Positions 26,750 through 39,302 of a stretch of 64,000 nucleotides of DNA are shown one piece after another. Source of the DNA: Octopus bimaculoides (taxonomy: Eukaryota); NCBI RefSeq assembly GCF_001194135.2, contig NC_068994.1:55521038-55585037 (forward strand), in the 5' to 3' direction. Numbering within the stretch: position 1 is the first letter of the stretch; each line of letters starts with the position of its first letter. Position numbers and translations under genes: made by a program. A model generated the notes under the pieces. It was not told where the DNA came from and ran no database searches. It saw nothing but the letters and a program-made list of their open reading frames with translations.

Positions 26750-27031
26750 CTTATGTTAACAACAAAAGCTTTTATATAACCTCCTTCCTCATTACATTAT
26801 CATCACACAATAGTTCCCGTTCTGATCACTCTCTTCATTATGTATTTAATTATTTTCTAAATAGAAACTCATATTGGCAACCGGATAGAATACTTTGTAA
26901 AACGAATCTCTACATACTTGAAAAATCTGTACCGTTAATACGATTGATGGATACAGTAAATAACAGATATGTTGGTTATCGGATACAATGCAAAGTGAAG
27001 TGATTGTCTGATGTACTTGAAAACGTAGGGG
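26750..27031 (-). other. Candidate non-coding exon
   Basis: Minus-strand acceptor TTTTCATCATTTATATTTGCAG| and donor AAG|GTAAGT; no frame stays open to the donor. Confidence 0.25.
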
Positions 27032-29144
27032 CTGCAAATATAAATGATGAAAATTGCTGAATCAATGTATTCGATGTATAATATAAAAGATACTCAACTC
27101 AAATAATTGCAGCAAAAAAATATAATGAAATTGTAAATAGAGAGGGTGTATTGAATAATCGAGATTGCTACGTAACTTAATCGAATCTACCAACAATAGA
27201 TGGCAGGTGGGTGTCCTTGTGACTCGATATTGAACACATACTATGCAATTTGTAATTTTCATTGAACATTTTTGCATTTGAAAATCCGTTTTAACCTGTC
27301 ATTTTTTTTCACTGATGTTGAGTTAATTCCCGACCAGGACACATAAATTACCAATTCTAGAATGCCATTTTGCTAAGCTCAAATCCTACATGGTCGGTAT
27401 ATGTATGTATATACATATACATCCTACTACTATCATTCTTCTTCTTCTTCTTCTTCTTCTTGCATATTTAGGGAGGAGCAAATCGGCCTTATCATTATTG
27501 CAAACAGGGAGACGTTGTCCATAACAGTTGTGGATGGTATCAGTTCCGGAACATAGGCTACTTTAATTAGGGTAATCCGTACTGAGCAGATCGATAGCAG
27601 AGTCTAAACATCTGGGGTAGTGTTGGTTGATGTATCGGCATCAGAATGCTTCAAGGACATGTGTGGGTTTAAAGGGTGCCTGGGGGTACCAAATTCAGCA
27701 GGATAATGTTTCGAATTCCCTTAGCCGTAGTTACTGGTCCTAATCATACAACTCTGAGGGGCTTCAGTGGTGTCATTCGATTGCTGAGGTTGCCCATTAA
27801 CTCAATTCTCAGCGCCCGTAATTAGGTGGTCGGAGGTCTGCCTATAAGAAGTGGCTATTATAGATCCCACGTTAGGGTCACTTGGTTATGTGTTTTTGGT
27901 TTACTAAAATGGACTACATAGAAGGAACACGTGAGATAAAGAGTCACTGAAGAGGTCACAGGATAAATGACATAAGCGCTTCGACAAAATAATAATGATT
28001 AAGCTGAAGTAAACATCAAACATACTGTGCGTGTGTTTAATTGGCAAAAAGTTGGCAAAATATGACCATCACCGAGTATAACAGTATTTATTAGAATTAG
28101 ATTTTTTAATTATGATGGCTGGGAAATCGGAGTTGAGTTTCTGAAGAAGAGCTAAGGTAGAGATCGAAACCAGAGACATTGTAGTTGACAAACGAAACAG
28201 TTGTTTCTGAGTTACCTTCAAATTATTTGTGCATACTTTATTTTATCATTTCATTTTGTTATATTTATTTTCATTGTCAGAACCAAATATATCTGTCGTC
28301 ATAATATTTTCAATGATCAATAATTGTGAGTGTTTTCAAAGCCATTCGTTGTTTTTTGTCTTAATCACATTATCTGTTTTATGTTTTTTTTCTTGTTTCT
28401 TGCTTTTCAAGAATGTTAGTTGATTAGTATCATTCTTCTACATCCATCCATTTTATTGTTGCTTTTGGTTTTTGTTTTAAATAACAATTCTTTCTATAGC
28501 GTGACTAACACTATTAATCTATCTTTAGCAATTTCTAAATTTGTTATGTGTATATTTTTTATTCTGACAACTCGAAATCAAAATGAAAAAAATCGGCTTT
28601 TAATATTATATTTTATTAGCAATATGAAGTCGAAAATAGGCTGGTGATTTGGCAGAAATACATCAGAAGACAGGACGAGATGCAATATTTAGATTAAATA
28701 GTCAATACTGTATTTTAAAATTTAACCTTCTATTTCAATACGCTGATGAAGGAGCCAATGAAGGAACGATTTTGACTTACTTGTAGGAATCGACCAACTC
28801 TAAAGAACAGCCGCATCATCCTTAAATAATACCTTGTCGTTTTAAAATTAGAATAGCATAATGAGGTAGATTAAATGTAAAAAATATGGAATTGAGATAG
28901 CTGGAAGCATTTAAACATAGGTTTGTTGAAATAGGGTTAACAACAATACAAGCGAAATCGTTGATACACGAACCAACGAGAGTTGGTTGAATTTATAGGA
29001 ATAACAAGTCTCCGCCATGGAACACCGTATCATCTTACAATGGAAAGGATGACTTTGAAAACAAGTATACGGAATAGTCACAACTAGAATACTTTTAACT
29101 ACAAGTCTGCTCGTCATGCAGTTCTGTAAATGTGAGTATGAAAG

Positions 29145-30000
29145 TACGAGGGGTACCCAAAAGAAACCAGAATTTTGCAGTTTGATTTTATTCACTTAGT
29201 TTTACATGTTTACACCTTTGTCGCTTTCAAAGTATTCTCCATTTGAAGCAATGCATCGGCCCAGGCACTATTCGAAGCAGTGATGGAACTCTTGCAAAGT
29301 GATGCCTTTCTAGGCCACCGTCGTTTTTTTTTCTTTCGTCACCTCTTTCGTCACCAGTGATAATCTTCGAAAAAAGGTCCGGATCAGCTTCCAACATTCT
29401 TTCAGTTCACTGCACGAATTCAGTCATGACTGCTTTTGATCTTCTGTGAGCAAGCGAGGCACAAATTTTGCTGGAACTCTTTTCATTCGCAATTCCTCGC
29501 TCAAAATTCGTTGGCTGGAGCTTCAAGATACACCAGTCATATCAACAAGTTCGTCAATTGTTCGGTGACAGTCCTTCCAGACCAGTTCATGAAGTTTCAT
29601 GATGTTTTCATTCGTTGCGGAGGTCGACGGTTGTCCTGAACGAGGTTAGTCTTCAAGCGATAATCAATACTTTCTAAAGCGTGAAAACTACGCATAAACC
29701 TGCGTTTTCGCTCATGGCAGCGTCCTTGTAAGTTGTCTGAAGCATGACAACTGTTTCGGTCGCAGAAAACAGAATTTCACGGAAGTTCCTTCGTTTCAAC
29801 CATCGCAAAAATCGACGAACAGGGGAGAAGCACTGCAAAACGAAGACGCACCAGGTGGCAGCACGATATCACTCAACGATGCCGGTCAGCAAACTGATGC
29901 CTGAAGGTCGCATTAAGTGGCTTCTAGCAGCAGAAGCCTGAACTACAACGGGTGTGTCCCACAGAGAACGTTTCAGGTTACTTTTCGGGACCTCCTTGTA
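29145..30000 (-). mobile_element. Internally deleted mariner transposon with both degenerate TIRs
   Basis: Ends TACGAGGGTACCCAAAAGAAACC and (reverse complement) TACAAGGAGGTCCCGAAAAGTAACC, each with terminal TA. Minus-strand remnant ED*PRSGQPSTS..ILSEELRMKRVPAKF/VPRLLTEDQK..FSKIITGDE and C-terminal RCIASNGEYFESD. Confidence 0.9.
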
Positions 30001-31083
30001 TGTTTATATGAATGTATGCATGTATGTATGTATTCCAGGGTTCTGAAGATTGTGGAACCGCCTCTTGGCTACTCTTTGTTCTCATGTCTCCGTTATGTGT
30101 TAACTAGTATATTGACAACCAGGAGTGAATGATCCCTAGTCCTCGTTAGCGCTTCTATTTAGGAGATGGTAAATTCGTATTAAAAAACCCCCTGAAGTGC
30201 AGTTGGTTTCTGGTCGTCTCAACTTCTCTTGTGCCACTGGTTGGCACAACAGCTGTTGGCACTGATAAATGAGTTTAAAGCTGTGACCTTTACCTATATA
30301 ACATCCTTAACGTATGTACATCGTCAACAGAACATTTATGGCCTGGAATATGACTCCTTAATAGATGTACTGGAGTATATTGTATTTTAACAAAGTAGCT
30401 TTATAAAGAAATTTTATCCCAGAGACCACTGCAGCTACTGAGCTCTCAGAGTTATGCATACGTTAAGCCTATCATAAAGATAAAGAATCCATCTTATTTT
30501 TACATATTACATATTTATTTGCATCGCCATTTTTATAGGGGAAAAAGCTGCATTGACTAATGTATCGTTTGAAAAAAAACCTGTATCTATCATCAGTTAG
30601 TGGTCTTGTATAAATTAACATTAATATCCTGATTTTCAATCACAAATAAAACAAATTATTAATGAAATTTTAAAAGGAAATGCATCGAAATTAAGCTTTT
30701 GTTATTCTCTATCTCTAGATATGACAGATAAAAATTTGTTCATTTCGACATTAATGTAATGTATTCTATCAAAAAGTGGTGACTGATATAATATGCAGAC
30801 TAATATTTATTAATACTGTGATTTTTAGTCAGAGACAGAGGCGTGGGTGGTTTGTATAATCGGTAGAGTGTCGACGAAAATGTGTTGCGCTTTTCCTTTT
30901 ATCACATTCAATCGTAAGTGGAAGGCAGATAGAAGGTCGTATAAAATTCATTTCGTTACATTCACCTATCCATCCATCCATCCATCCATTCATCCATCCA
31001 TCCATACATACATATAATAATTATATACATATATACATGTATATATGTACGTATGTATGTATATGCAAGCACATATTATGTGT

Positions 31084-31131
<48 letters not shown>

Positions 31132-31569
31132 CGTGTGTATGCAAGTGTATATGTATGTTATATAGATTTATGTACATGTATATATATATATATACAATAT
31201 GCATATATAAATATACATATCTATATATTATGTATAATTATAAATAAGGATGTCGGGACGGAAAACCACGCCGGCATCTCTTCAGTTATCGGGCCACCAA
31301 AAAAATGTTATGAAAATGACCGTTAAACAAAAGGAAATCACTGTGTGATTGACCGTTATTAAGACACAAGAACTATTAGAATGACCGCTAAGTAAAGGGG
31401 TGAGAGTATAGGTAAGGGAGTAAAAATGTTCATAGCAATCGCGTAAGCACGCATGTCCATACATGCACATGCATACCCGCACACTCACGTACATGTGCCT
31501 ATATGTATATACTCGAAACATCTTTTTGTAAGTTCTCTCTCTCTCTCTCTCTAAATATATATATATATT

Positions 31570-31621
<52 letters not shown>

Positions 31622-31773
31622 TTAGAAAATGGAGATGTACCAATAATATAATTTACTAACTGCAAAGTCCAACGTATATTCTTACAGCTGTTTCAATTCA
31701 CAAAATATACTGGCAATGAACCACCAATTCATTGGATATTATTATCGTTTAATGAGGCTATTTTAACCTCTAA

Positions 31774-31833
<60 letters not shown>

Positions 31834-31911
31834 TGTATGTATGTAGGTATGTCTACTAAGATAAGGAGAAGCTTTCAATTTCGAGAGTGTGTTCGTTTCC
31901 GCCGCCTAATT

Positions 31912-32120
31912 TCTTCTTCTTCTTCTTCTTCTTCTTCTTCTTCTTCTTCTTCTTCTTCTTCTTCTTCTTCTTCTTCTTCTTCTTCTTCTTCTTCTTCTTC
32001 TTCTTCTTCTTCTTCTTCTTCTTCTTCTTCTTCTTCTTCTTCTTCTTCTAGTCTTTATTATTATCAATCTTGTTATCGTCGTCGTCGTCGTCATCATCAT
32101 CATCATCATCATCATCATCT
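31912..32120. repeat. (TTC)n of about 45 units followed by (CGT)/(CAT)n
   Basis: Read directly from the sequence. Confidence 0.95.
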
Positions 32121-32166
32121 AATGTAAATGTTGTCATGTATATGTATACATACGTGTGAGTGTAAG

Positions 32167-32225
<59 letters not shown>

Positions 32226-33334
32226 GTCTGTTTCTGTGTGTATGTATATATGTGTATATATATATATATGTATATATGTATGTATATATGTATATATACG
32301 TATATATATATATCATATATATATACACACATACATAAATATATATGCATATATAAAGACGTAAATATATGTGTGTATGTGTGTGCAATGCAAACACATA
32401 GCGTACTAATCTCGCCCCAATACTTCTATCTCCGTTTAATTGATCTCGTTGCGTTAATAAGTCTTCTAGCGAAGTAGATTGATGGTAGTGCAGATAAATA
32501 GATAGTTAGTTAGAGAGACATGCAGAAGGAGAAAGAGAGAAAGAGTGAGAGAGCGAAAGAAAGAGAGTGTATGAGTGAGTGTGTGAGCTTGGAAGTGAGA
32601 AGGTGAACGCCTCAACTTAGACCGTATATGGAGAGTAATTATAGCGAGGAAATTAATTGCATAGCGTCAAAATGTTAACCGAAAATGAGTAAATAAATAT
32701 ATGAATGAATAATTAAATAAGTAAATAAATAAAACAAAGTCAATATTGAAAATATAATATAAATAAACGGAAAAAACCCCATCATAAAACAAATACAGAC
32801 GGAAAGTACGAAAAGAGTAAAAAAGAACGCGAAAAATTCAAAGTGTAATAGTCAAAATTCTATAGTTATTGGTCGATGTTAACTTCGAATATGAATAACT
32901 TTGAAAAAGAAGAAAAAAAAAATAAATAAATACATGCGTATATACACAGCGATAACATTTGGTCCATGCTAAATATATATTTGAAAGTTTTAGAAAATAT
33001 AGAAAAAATGTGGTGGGGGAAGGAAAAAAAAGCCTAAAAAGCGAAAGCTATATTAATGAAATTTTCGTTTTTCGTTTCATATCCACATTGGAAAAATATT
33101 TACAGGAAATTGAACATTCGTTTTTGGAATTCACGTGCACCAGTTTGATGTAGAAGTACACGGAGTTATTGGAGTGATGGTTAATATAGTTATTGTTGTT
33201 GTTGTTCTTATTTACGATATATCGTAAATAGATTCATGCAAATAGAACTAGATGAAATATATCGATTTATTTCGATATTCTTCCGTTGCTGCTGCTGCTG
33301 CTGTTGTTGATGTTATTGTTGATTTTGTTGTTGT

Positions 33335-33545
33335 TTAGCCACCCTGCAAAATCGCCCTGATCCTTCAGCCCTCTGATGAAAAGCATTTGAGTTGTTGACA
33401 ATCTTGCTTTATTTATATATATATTTTTTAAAAGTCAGAGCGTTTATTGCACAGCATTAAATGATGTATTTAATGTATCCTTCCACTTCTCGGTTTTGAA
33501 GTCGATAGGGAATGATTTGAAGGAAGCTTAGCTAAATTTCCTGTT
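33335..33545 (+). repeat. Unclassified repeat family D copy
   Basis: Layout similar to 13395-13615. Confidence 0.4.
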
Positions 33546-33619
33546 GTGGTTTAGTACAGCTGTACCGCAGATCGTGCAGACCCATATCAAGAGATGTTCC
33601 AGAAGAAAGCGTTTTTTGG

Positions 33620-33745
33620 GCGCGGCTTTGTGGTAAGAAGCTTGCTTCCCAACCACATAGTTCTGGGTCTAGTCCCACTGCGTGGAACCATCGTCAAGTG
33701 TACTATAGCCTCCAACCTACCAAAGACTTGTAAGTGGATTATATA
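33620..33745 (+). mobile_element. CORE-like SINE head followed by (TA)n
   Basis: GTGGTAAGAAGCTTGCTTCCCAACCACATAGTTCTGGGTCTAGTCCCACTGCGTGG..ACTATAGCC..GTAAGTGGAT. Confidence 0.8.
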
Positions 33746-33761
33746 TATATATAATATATAA

Positions 33762-33827
<66 letters not shown>

Positions 33828-33918
33828 GTAGAAGGTTGAAAAGGAACACACGAGTTGATATATATATATGGAAAAAAGTCAAGGTAGAAAATGATAAAAT
33901 AATTTTATAAAAAACATT

Positions 33919-33958
33919 TCAGTACCGGTTTTGGTCATTTAGACTTTTTCAACTGTAA
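33919..33958 (-). ncRNA. Degenerate minimal hammerhead-like motif with a UUGAAAA (U3-A8) core
   Basis: Minus strand TTACAG TTGAAAA A GTC TAAAT GAC C AAAAC CG GTA CTGAA: CAG/CTG stem I, GTC/GAC stem II, ACCGGT palindrome and GUA triplet. G12 is mismatched. Confidence 0.35.
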
Positions 33959-35632
33959 GTATGGAAAATAATTAAATTTTGGAAAAATTAAATGAAAAGT
34001 ATTTTAAAAGAATATTTGCATAGTATTCAAATACAAGAGGCATTTTCCTTGTTTCTGCCTGTCTCTTCTCTCTCTTGCTTACTCTTGTGGGGTTTATAAA
34101 ATGCCTTCCGTTATATGTTTCAGCTCAGATTTCAAATGACAGTGAATTGAAATGTTGCTCACCGTGCATCATTTCCTCGGTTCGTAAACATCGTTGGAGT
34201 TTCAAATATGTCGAATTGTATAAGATTAGCGATTTTCGTGATAGTTAGTCGTATAATCAGCCTCACGTTTGCAGATGAAAACATTTTTAGTGATTTCATC
34301 TATACTATGTTTCTGTTCAATCGTTTTATAATCGAGTCTCAGGTGTTATATCGATGGATGTATGTAGTACCAGACTAAGTTCGAACAAAACATATTGATT
34401 TCTAAACAAAGCATAATGTCACTCTCATTCATTCGCTCATTGGAAATTGGTGATTTTATTTCTGTTGGTGTTAGCATGATGCTTTAAAATATTTGACGAG
34501 GTTGGACCTACAAAAAATACGAGACCGTCACAATTAACCAGGATCGTAACAAATCTGGCATCAGACTGTGATGAAAGTCAGTCCACTTCGAATATATAAC
34601 TAAAGCCATTGGGAAATGGATGATCGTTTCAACTTCCTGTTATGATCCTCAAACAATATATGGCTTCTTTTTCCGAGACGTAAAAGTAACATGAACCACA
34701 TTTTTTTTTGTCTGTTATTGCGTTTGAGCAACAGATAGCTCCTAAAAAGTCGGGTTATTATATCTATGACGAAGCTCTAACAAAAAGTTCATACTTTTCC
34801 ATTTCCCCCTCTTATAAATATTAAGCTTTTGTACCGAATCAAATAATCAAAAGATCTGACGAGGTATGAACTAACGCTATAAAATCTTCTCAATACATAG
34901 GACGAATTAGCATAGCAGGATAACTGGACACATCATCTGCTTCATCCTACATGGACATAAAACTACAACACACCATTCATTTGTAACTACGGTATCGTAA
35001 AGAGAACAAATAGATGTTGCTTTATACATTTAAATTCTCTCCAATAAATTCTTTTCACAGAAACAAGTTCAAATAACACAATCTTCAAGTTACACCAAAG
35101 TAAATCCGTCAATATATATTAACTAGGTACAGGCGTTGTTGTGTATATAAGTATGCACATATTTGTACTCTTGCACATACACATACATACATTCATACGT
35201 ACATACATACATACCTGCATGCAGGTAGACATACATACATAGGTGTATATATATATATATATATATAAACATACATTTACATATATACACATGTGTATGT
35301 ATATATTCATGCATACATGCACACACACAGACACACACACACATATATATATACATATATGTATATACATCTATGTGTGTGTGTGTAAGTGTGCACATGT
35401 GCACGTTTGTATGTATTTCTTTAATCCTATTCTGGGAAGGGAGGGGTCGACCATCAAAGAATATCTTTTAAAAGTCTCCAAATATTTTATCATGTGATTC
35501 AGTAATATGTTCGCTAGAAATATTTACTTCTGCCATAAAACTTACCAATATACAGTAAAAGCAACTAACTATATAGTCTTATATTTTACTTTTTATTTAA
35601 CCATTTCCTTTAATATTTTTGCTTTCCCGTTA

Positions 35633-35695
<63 letters not shown>

Positions 35696-36402
35696 GATAT
35701 TCTTTTTCCGTTTATAGATACAAATATATATCTGATGACTATTTATTTACTGAAGTAGATGAAATCATTGCGTCCAACGCTTTTAAACTGTAAATAACGG
35801 TTATTAATAATTAATATAAACATTCAGAAAGGACTACAGAAACAACGTCAGCGACAACAACAACAACAACAAAAGCAATAACAATAATAAACAAAAAAAA
35901 AACAAGCAACACAAAACGGAGATAACAACAAGAACAACAACAACACCGACGACGACAACAATAACGGCAATAAAAACAAGCAATCAAAGACTCTTTTGGA
36001 AAATATAGATCATAATTACCAGATCGTCTGAAAAGATTTGGGAGAAAATATGGAAATACGTCCATCGGTAAATTTGTGTGAGTTTACCAAAAAAGTAGAA
36101 ACTAGTGGACGTTTTTTTACTATTAACGTCTTTTATGTTCGATTTATCTCGTTGTTAATGGTATTGATTAGGGGGAAAATACAAATGATTTTTAAGTTAG
36201 AAATGTTATTGGTCCATCGGGTCAAAGAGTTTCTGTGATATTATCTTTTTTATCCTTTAGAAGAAGTGCTCGTGTGTGTATCGATGTTTACCTGTTACAT
36301 TTATACATTTGTGCTTATCGGCTCGAGTCAATGATGGAACGTTTACAGCTTTCGATTGACCTGCTCCAAATTGCAACCGTGTTTCCATTAATAGTCATAA
36401 CC

Positions 36403-36615
36403 TGCACTCCGTCAGTTTCGACGACGAGGGTTCCAGTTGATCCGACCAACGGAAAAGCCTGCTCCTGAAATTAACGTGCAAGTGGCTGAGCGCTCCACAG
36501 ACTCAGGGCGTAACGCTGAATGAGACAAGGCGGGCTATTTGAATTACTGGTACAACTCATTTTTGCCAGGGGGTTGACTGCAACGTGACACAAAATAACT
36601 TGCTCAAAATTATTG
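36403..36615 (-). mobile_element. SINE family B, 5'-truncated
   Basis: GACGACGAGGGTTCCAGTTGATCCGA..GGTACAACTCATTTTTGCCAG is shared with 38831-39147. Confidence 0.85.
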
Positions 36616-37105
36616 CCACCAACAACACCAGTATCAGCAAAAGTTTTATGGTTTTGTCGTCCTTCCATAAAAAACAATATCATAAAAATCCATTATTTCT
36701 TCTGCCTGCCTGTTCAGTCCCAAACTGAATATTTACAGAAAAAGCAATCCTTGTATGGTATTCTTGAAAAAAAAACAAAAACCAAAAAAACAAACGACAC
36801 AACTATAGAAAAGTTTAAATGTTTGAAATGAAGAATCGAAAAAAATATGCTTAACAAAATGCCGTTCGCAGTGTGCAATGTTTGCGCAAATCGTTTGAAA
36901 TCTCAAAAAACAGGATAAACTACAATTGGATTTCATTATAAAATTAACATCAGTGTTGTTGCTCAGCAACGTTAAATTGCACAGAATCATCAAAATATTA
37001 TGAAATTATTCCGATGACAAAGAAATTTCTTTAAACTGATGTTCTAAGAACAATTCTTAGATAATCACATCCCTTTCTTGTTTGGGTGTACTCTACAAAG
37101 ACTTA

Positions 37106-37365
37106 ATACAGTTCTATATTTAAGAGATGAGGAATTATTTACATTATTTACTTTATTTACATTTGATGGATATTTGTCCTAATCTTGTTTGTCGTTAACA
37201 CAACGTTTCGGCTGATATACCTTCCAGCCTTCATCAGGTGTCTTGGAGAAATTTCGAACCTGGGTTCTCATACCTAAGGCTGGAGGGTATATCAGCCGAA
37301 ACATTGTGTTAACAACAAACAAGATGAGAACAAATATCCGTCAAATGTAAATAATGTAACTAATG
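37106..37365. mobile_element. Short Penelope-like element with ~80-bp inverted arms and 14-bp TSD-like flanks
   Basis: Arms at about 37153-37230 and 37277-37359 are near-perfect reverse complements. Flanks are TCTACAAAGACTTA (37092-37105) and TCTACAAAAACTTA (37366-37379). The element contains a hammerhead motif. Confidence 0.7.
37195..37243 (-). ncRNA. Minimal type I hammerhead ribozyme motif
   Basis: Minus strand AAGACAC CTGATGA A GGCTG GAAGGTATAT CAGCC GAAAC GTT GTGTT: intact core, 5-bp stem II, GACAC/GTGTT stem I and loopless ACGT stem III. Confidence 0.7.
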
Positions 37366-37454
37366 TCTACAAAAACTTATTGAATTAACGTTTGCAATAG
37401 ATACATGATATCAGTGAGAAAATAATAATGCTTAACTATTAATTAATTACAGAC

Positions 37455-37740
37455 TGGTTTCAAATTTTGACATAAGGCCAGCACTTTTGGGGGATTACGT
37501 CAACCCCAGTAGTAAACAGGTACTTATTTTATTCTTTTCTACTCTAGGCACAAGGCCCGACATTTTGGGGAGGGAGTCAGTCGATTAGATCGACCCCAGT
37601 ACCCAACTGATATTTAATTTTTCAACGCGGAAAGGATGAAAGGCAAAGTCGACCTCGGCGGAATTTGAACTCAGAACGTAAAGACAGATGAAATATTGCT
37701 AAGCATTTTACCTGGCGTGCTAACATATCTGCCAACTTAC
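37455..37740 (-). mobile_element. SINE family A: 3' fragment (37455-37530) plus a near-complete copy (37531-37740)
   Basis: GGATGAAAGGCAAAGTCGACCTCGGCGGAATTTGAACTCAGAACGTAAAG is family A consensus-like. Confidence 0.85.
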
Positions 37741-38052
37741 TGTACTTAGTTCAAATCACAACGAGATTAATTTTGCTTTTCGCCCTTCCATGGTCGCTAA
37801 AATAAAATACCAGATAATGATCCTGGACAAGGGAATCATTAGGCCGTTGGATAAAATAAGTTACTGTATGTATTCCTATTTTTAATACTCTGAATGTCTC
37901 GGTATGGTGAGCTTGTCTAAATCATGAAGATGATGTCTTTTAAAATACAATGGAAGACAACTTGAAACTGTCTTATACTCTGAAAAGTCTAAGAAAATCA
38001 CATGGCAATGAGTCAGGGAAGTCACCAGGAGTGGTTCGCGCTCAATGATTTC

Positions 38053-38267
38053 AAAGCGGTGAGCTGGCAGAAACGTTAGCACGCCGGGCGAAATGCTTAG
38101 CAGTATTTCGACTCTCTTTACGTCCTGAGTTCAAATTCCGCTGAGGTCGACTTTGCCTTTCATCCTTTCGGGGTCCATAAATTACGTACCAGTTGCGTAT
38201 TGGCGTCGATCTAATTGACTGGCCCCTCTAATCGACTGGCCTTGTGCCTAGAGTAGAAAAGAATATT
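38053..38267 (+). mobile_element. SINE family A
   Basis: AAAGCGGTGAGCTGGCAGAAACGTTAGCACGCCGGGCG..CTTGTGCCTAGAGTAGAAAAGAATATT. Confidence 0.9.
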
Positions 38268-38830
38268 TGTCAATGACATCTTCCTAGAAGACTAAGATCA
38301 TCCCTGACCTTTGCTATCATGTTTTCGCCTCTATCCATATTAACAACTTTCGTAGCCTCATAACTTCCTGCAAACTTTTTTCTAGTCTACTACTTTATCT
38401 AATCTAGAACTCTCTGTCGCAATATCCTTACGAAAACTAATGGTTTCTAATATCGCTAACCTTTACAAATTTGCAACTGGTATCCGTTATTTTTTATTCA
38501 CTGGGATCTTCCACTTTCAAGTCGGAAATCTCGTCGCTTCCGGAATGGAAATATCACCTTTCAATTTCCAGTAATCAAGTCCCTGTTTAAACATATCGTA
38601 TAAATTGATTGTACTTACCCCCTTTTTTTGTGTAGTAGACTAAAACTGTGGACACACTTACTTCTCGTTTTTTTATAACCTAATATCAACTCAACTAAAC
38701 TACGACATCTGGAATCTATGGATTATCTGTGAAATATATAGAGCTGTTTGAGCAGATTTGAAGTTATCTCTGTCTTCTTCTCTTATTTACACGACTCAAC
38801 CTTGTGTGTCTGCGAAGCTATTGTTGTTGT

Positions 38831-39147
38831 TGGCACTCCGTCGCTTACGACGACGAGGGTTCCAGTTGATCCGAACAACAGAACAACCTGCACGAGAAAT
38901 TCGTGTGCAAGTGGTTGAGCACTCGAGGGACATCTGTACATGTATCCCCAGGGAGATTCGGCGGGATACAGAATGTGACAAGTTTGGCCTTTTGAATTAC
39001 AGGTACAACTCATTTTTTTGCCAGCTGAGTTCACTGGAGCAACGTGAAATAAAGTGTCTTGCTCAAGGACACAATGCGCTGTCGGGAATCGAACTCACGA
39101 CTTTACGATCGCGACCCGAACACCCTAACCACTAAACCACGCGCCTT
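38831..39147 (-). mobile_element. Full-length tRNA-derived SINE family B with an (ACA)n tail
   Basis: Minus strand A-box TGGTTTAGTGG, B-box GAGTTCGATTCC, then TGTGTCCTTGAGCAAGACAC (resembles V/CORE-type SINE central motifs); tail ACAACAACAA. Confidence 0.9.
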
Positions 39148-39253
39148 CGCAAGGTTTACAAATCATAACATGAAATATAATAGTCCACATTGCGGAGAGT
39201 GTCTGAGGGGGAAAAAGGGGACGACAAAGAATGTGTGTGTGTGTGTGTGTGTG

Positions 39254-39302
<49 letters not shown>

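Noticed and set aside
26743-26755. ATACTTACC, the 5' end of U1 snRNA
   Set aside because: The match stops after 9 nt; it is simply the reverse complement of a splice donor.
28861-28880. let-7 seed TGAGGTAG (and a miR-190-like stretch near 26478)
   Set aside because: The mature sequences do not match beyond the seed region and no hairpin is evident.
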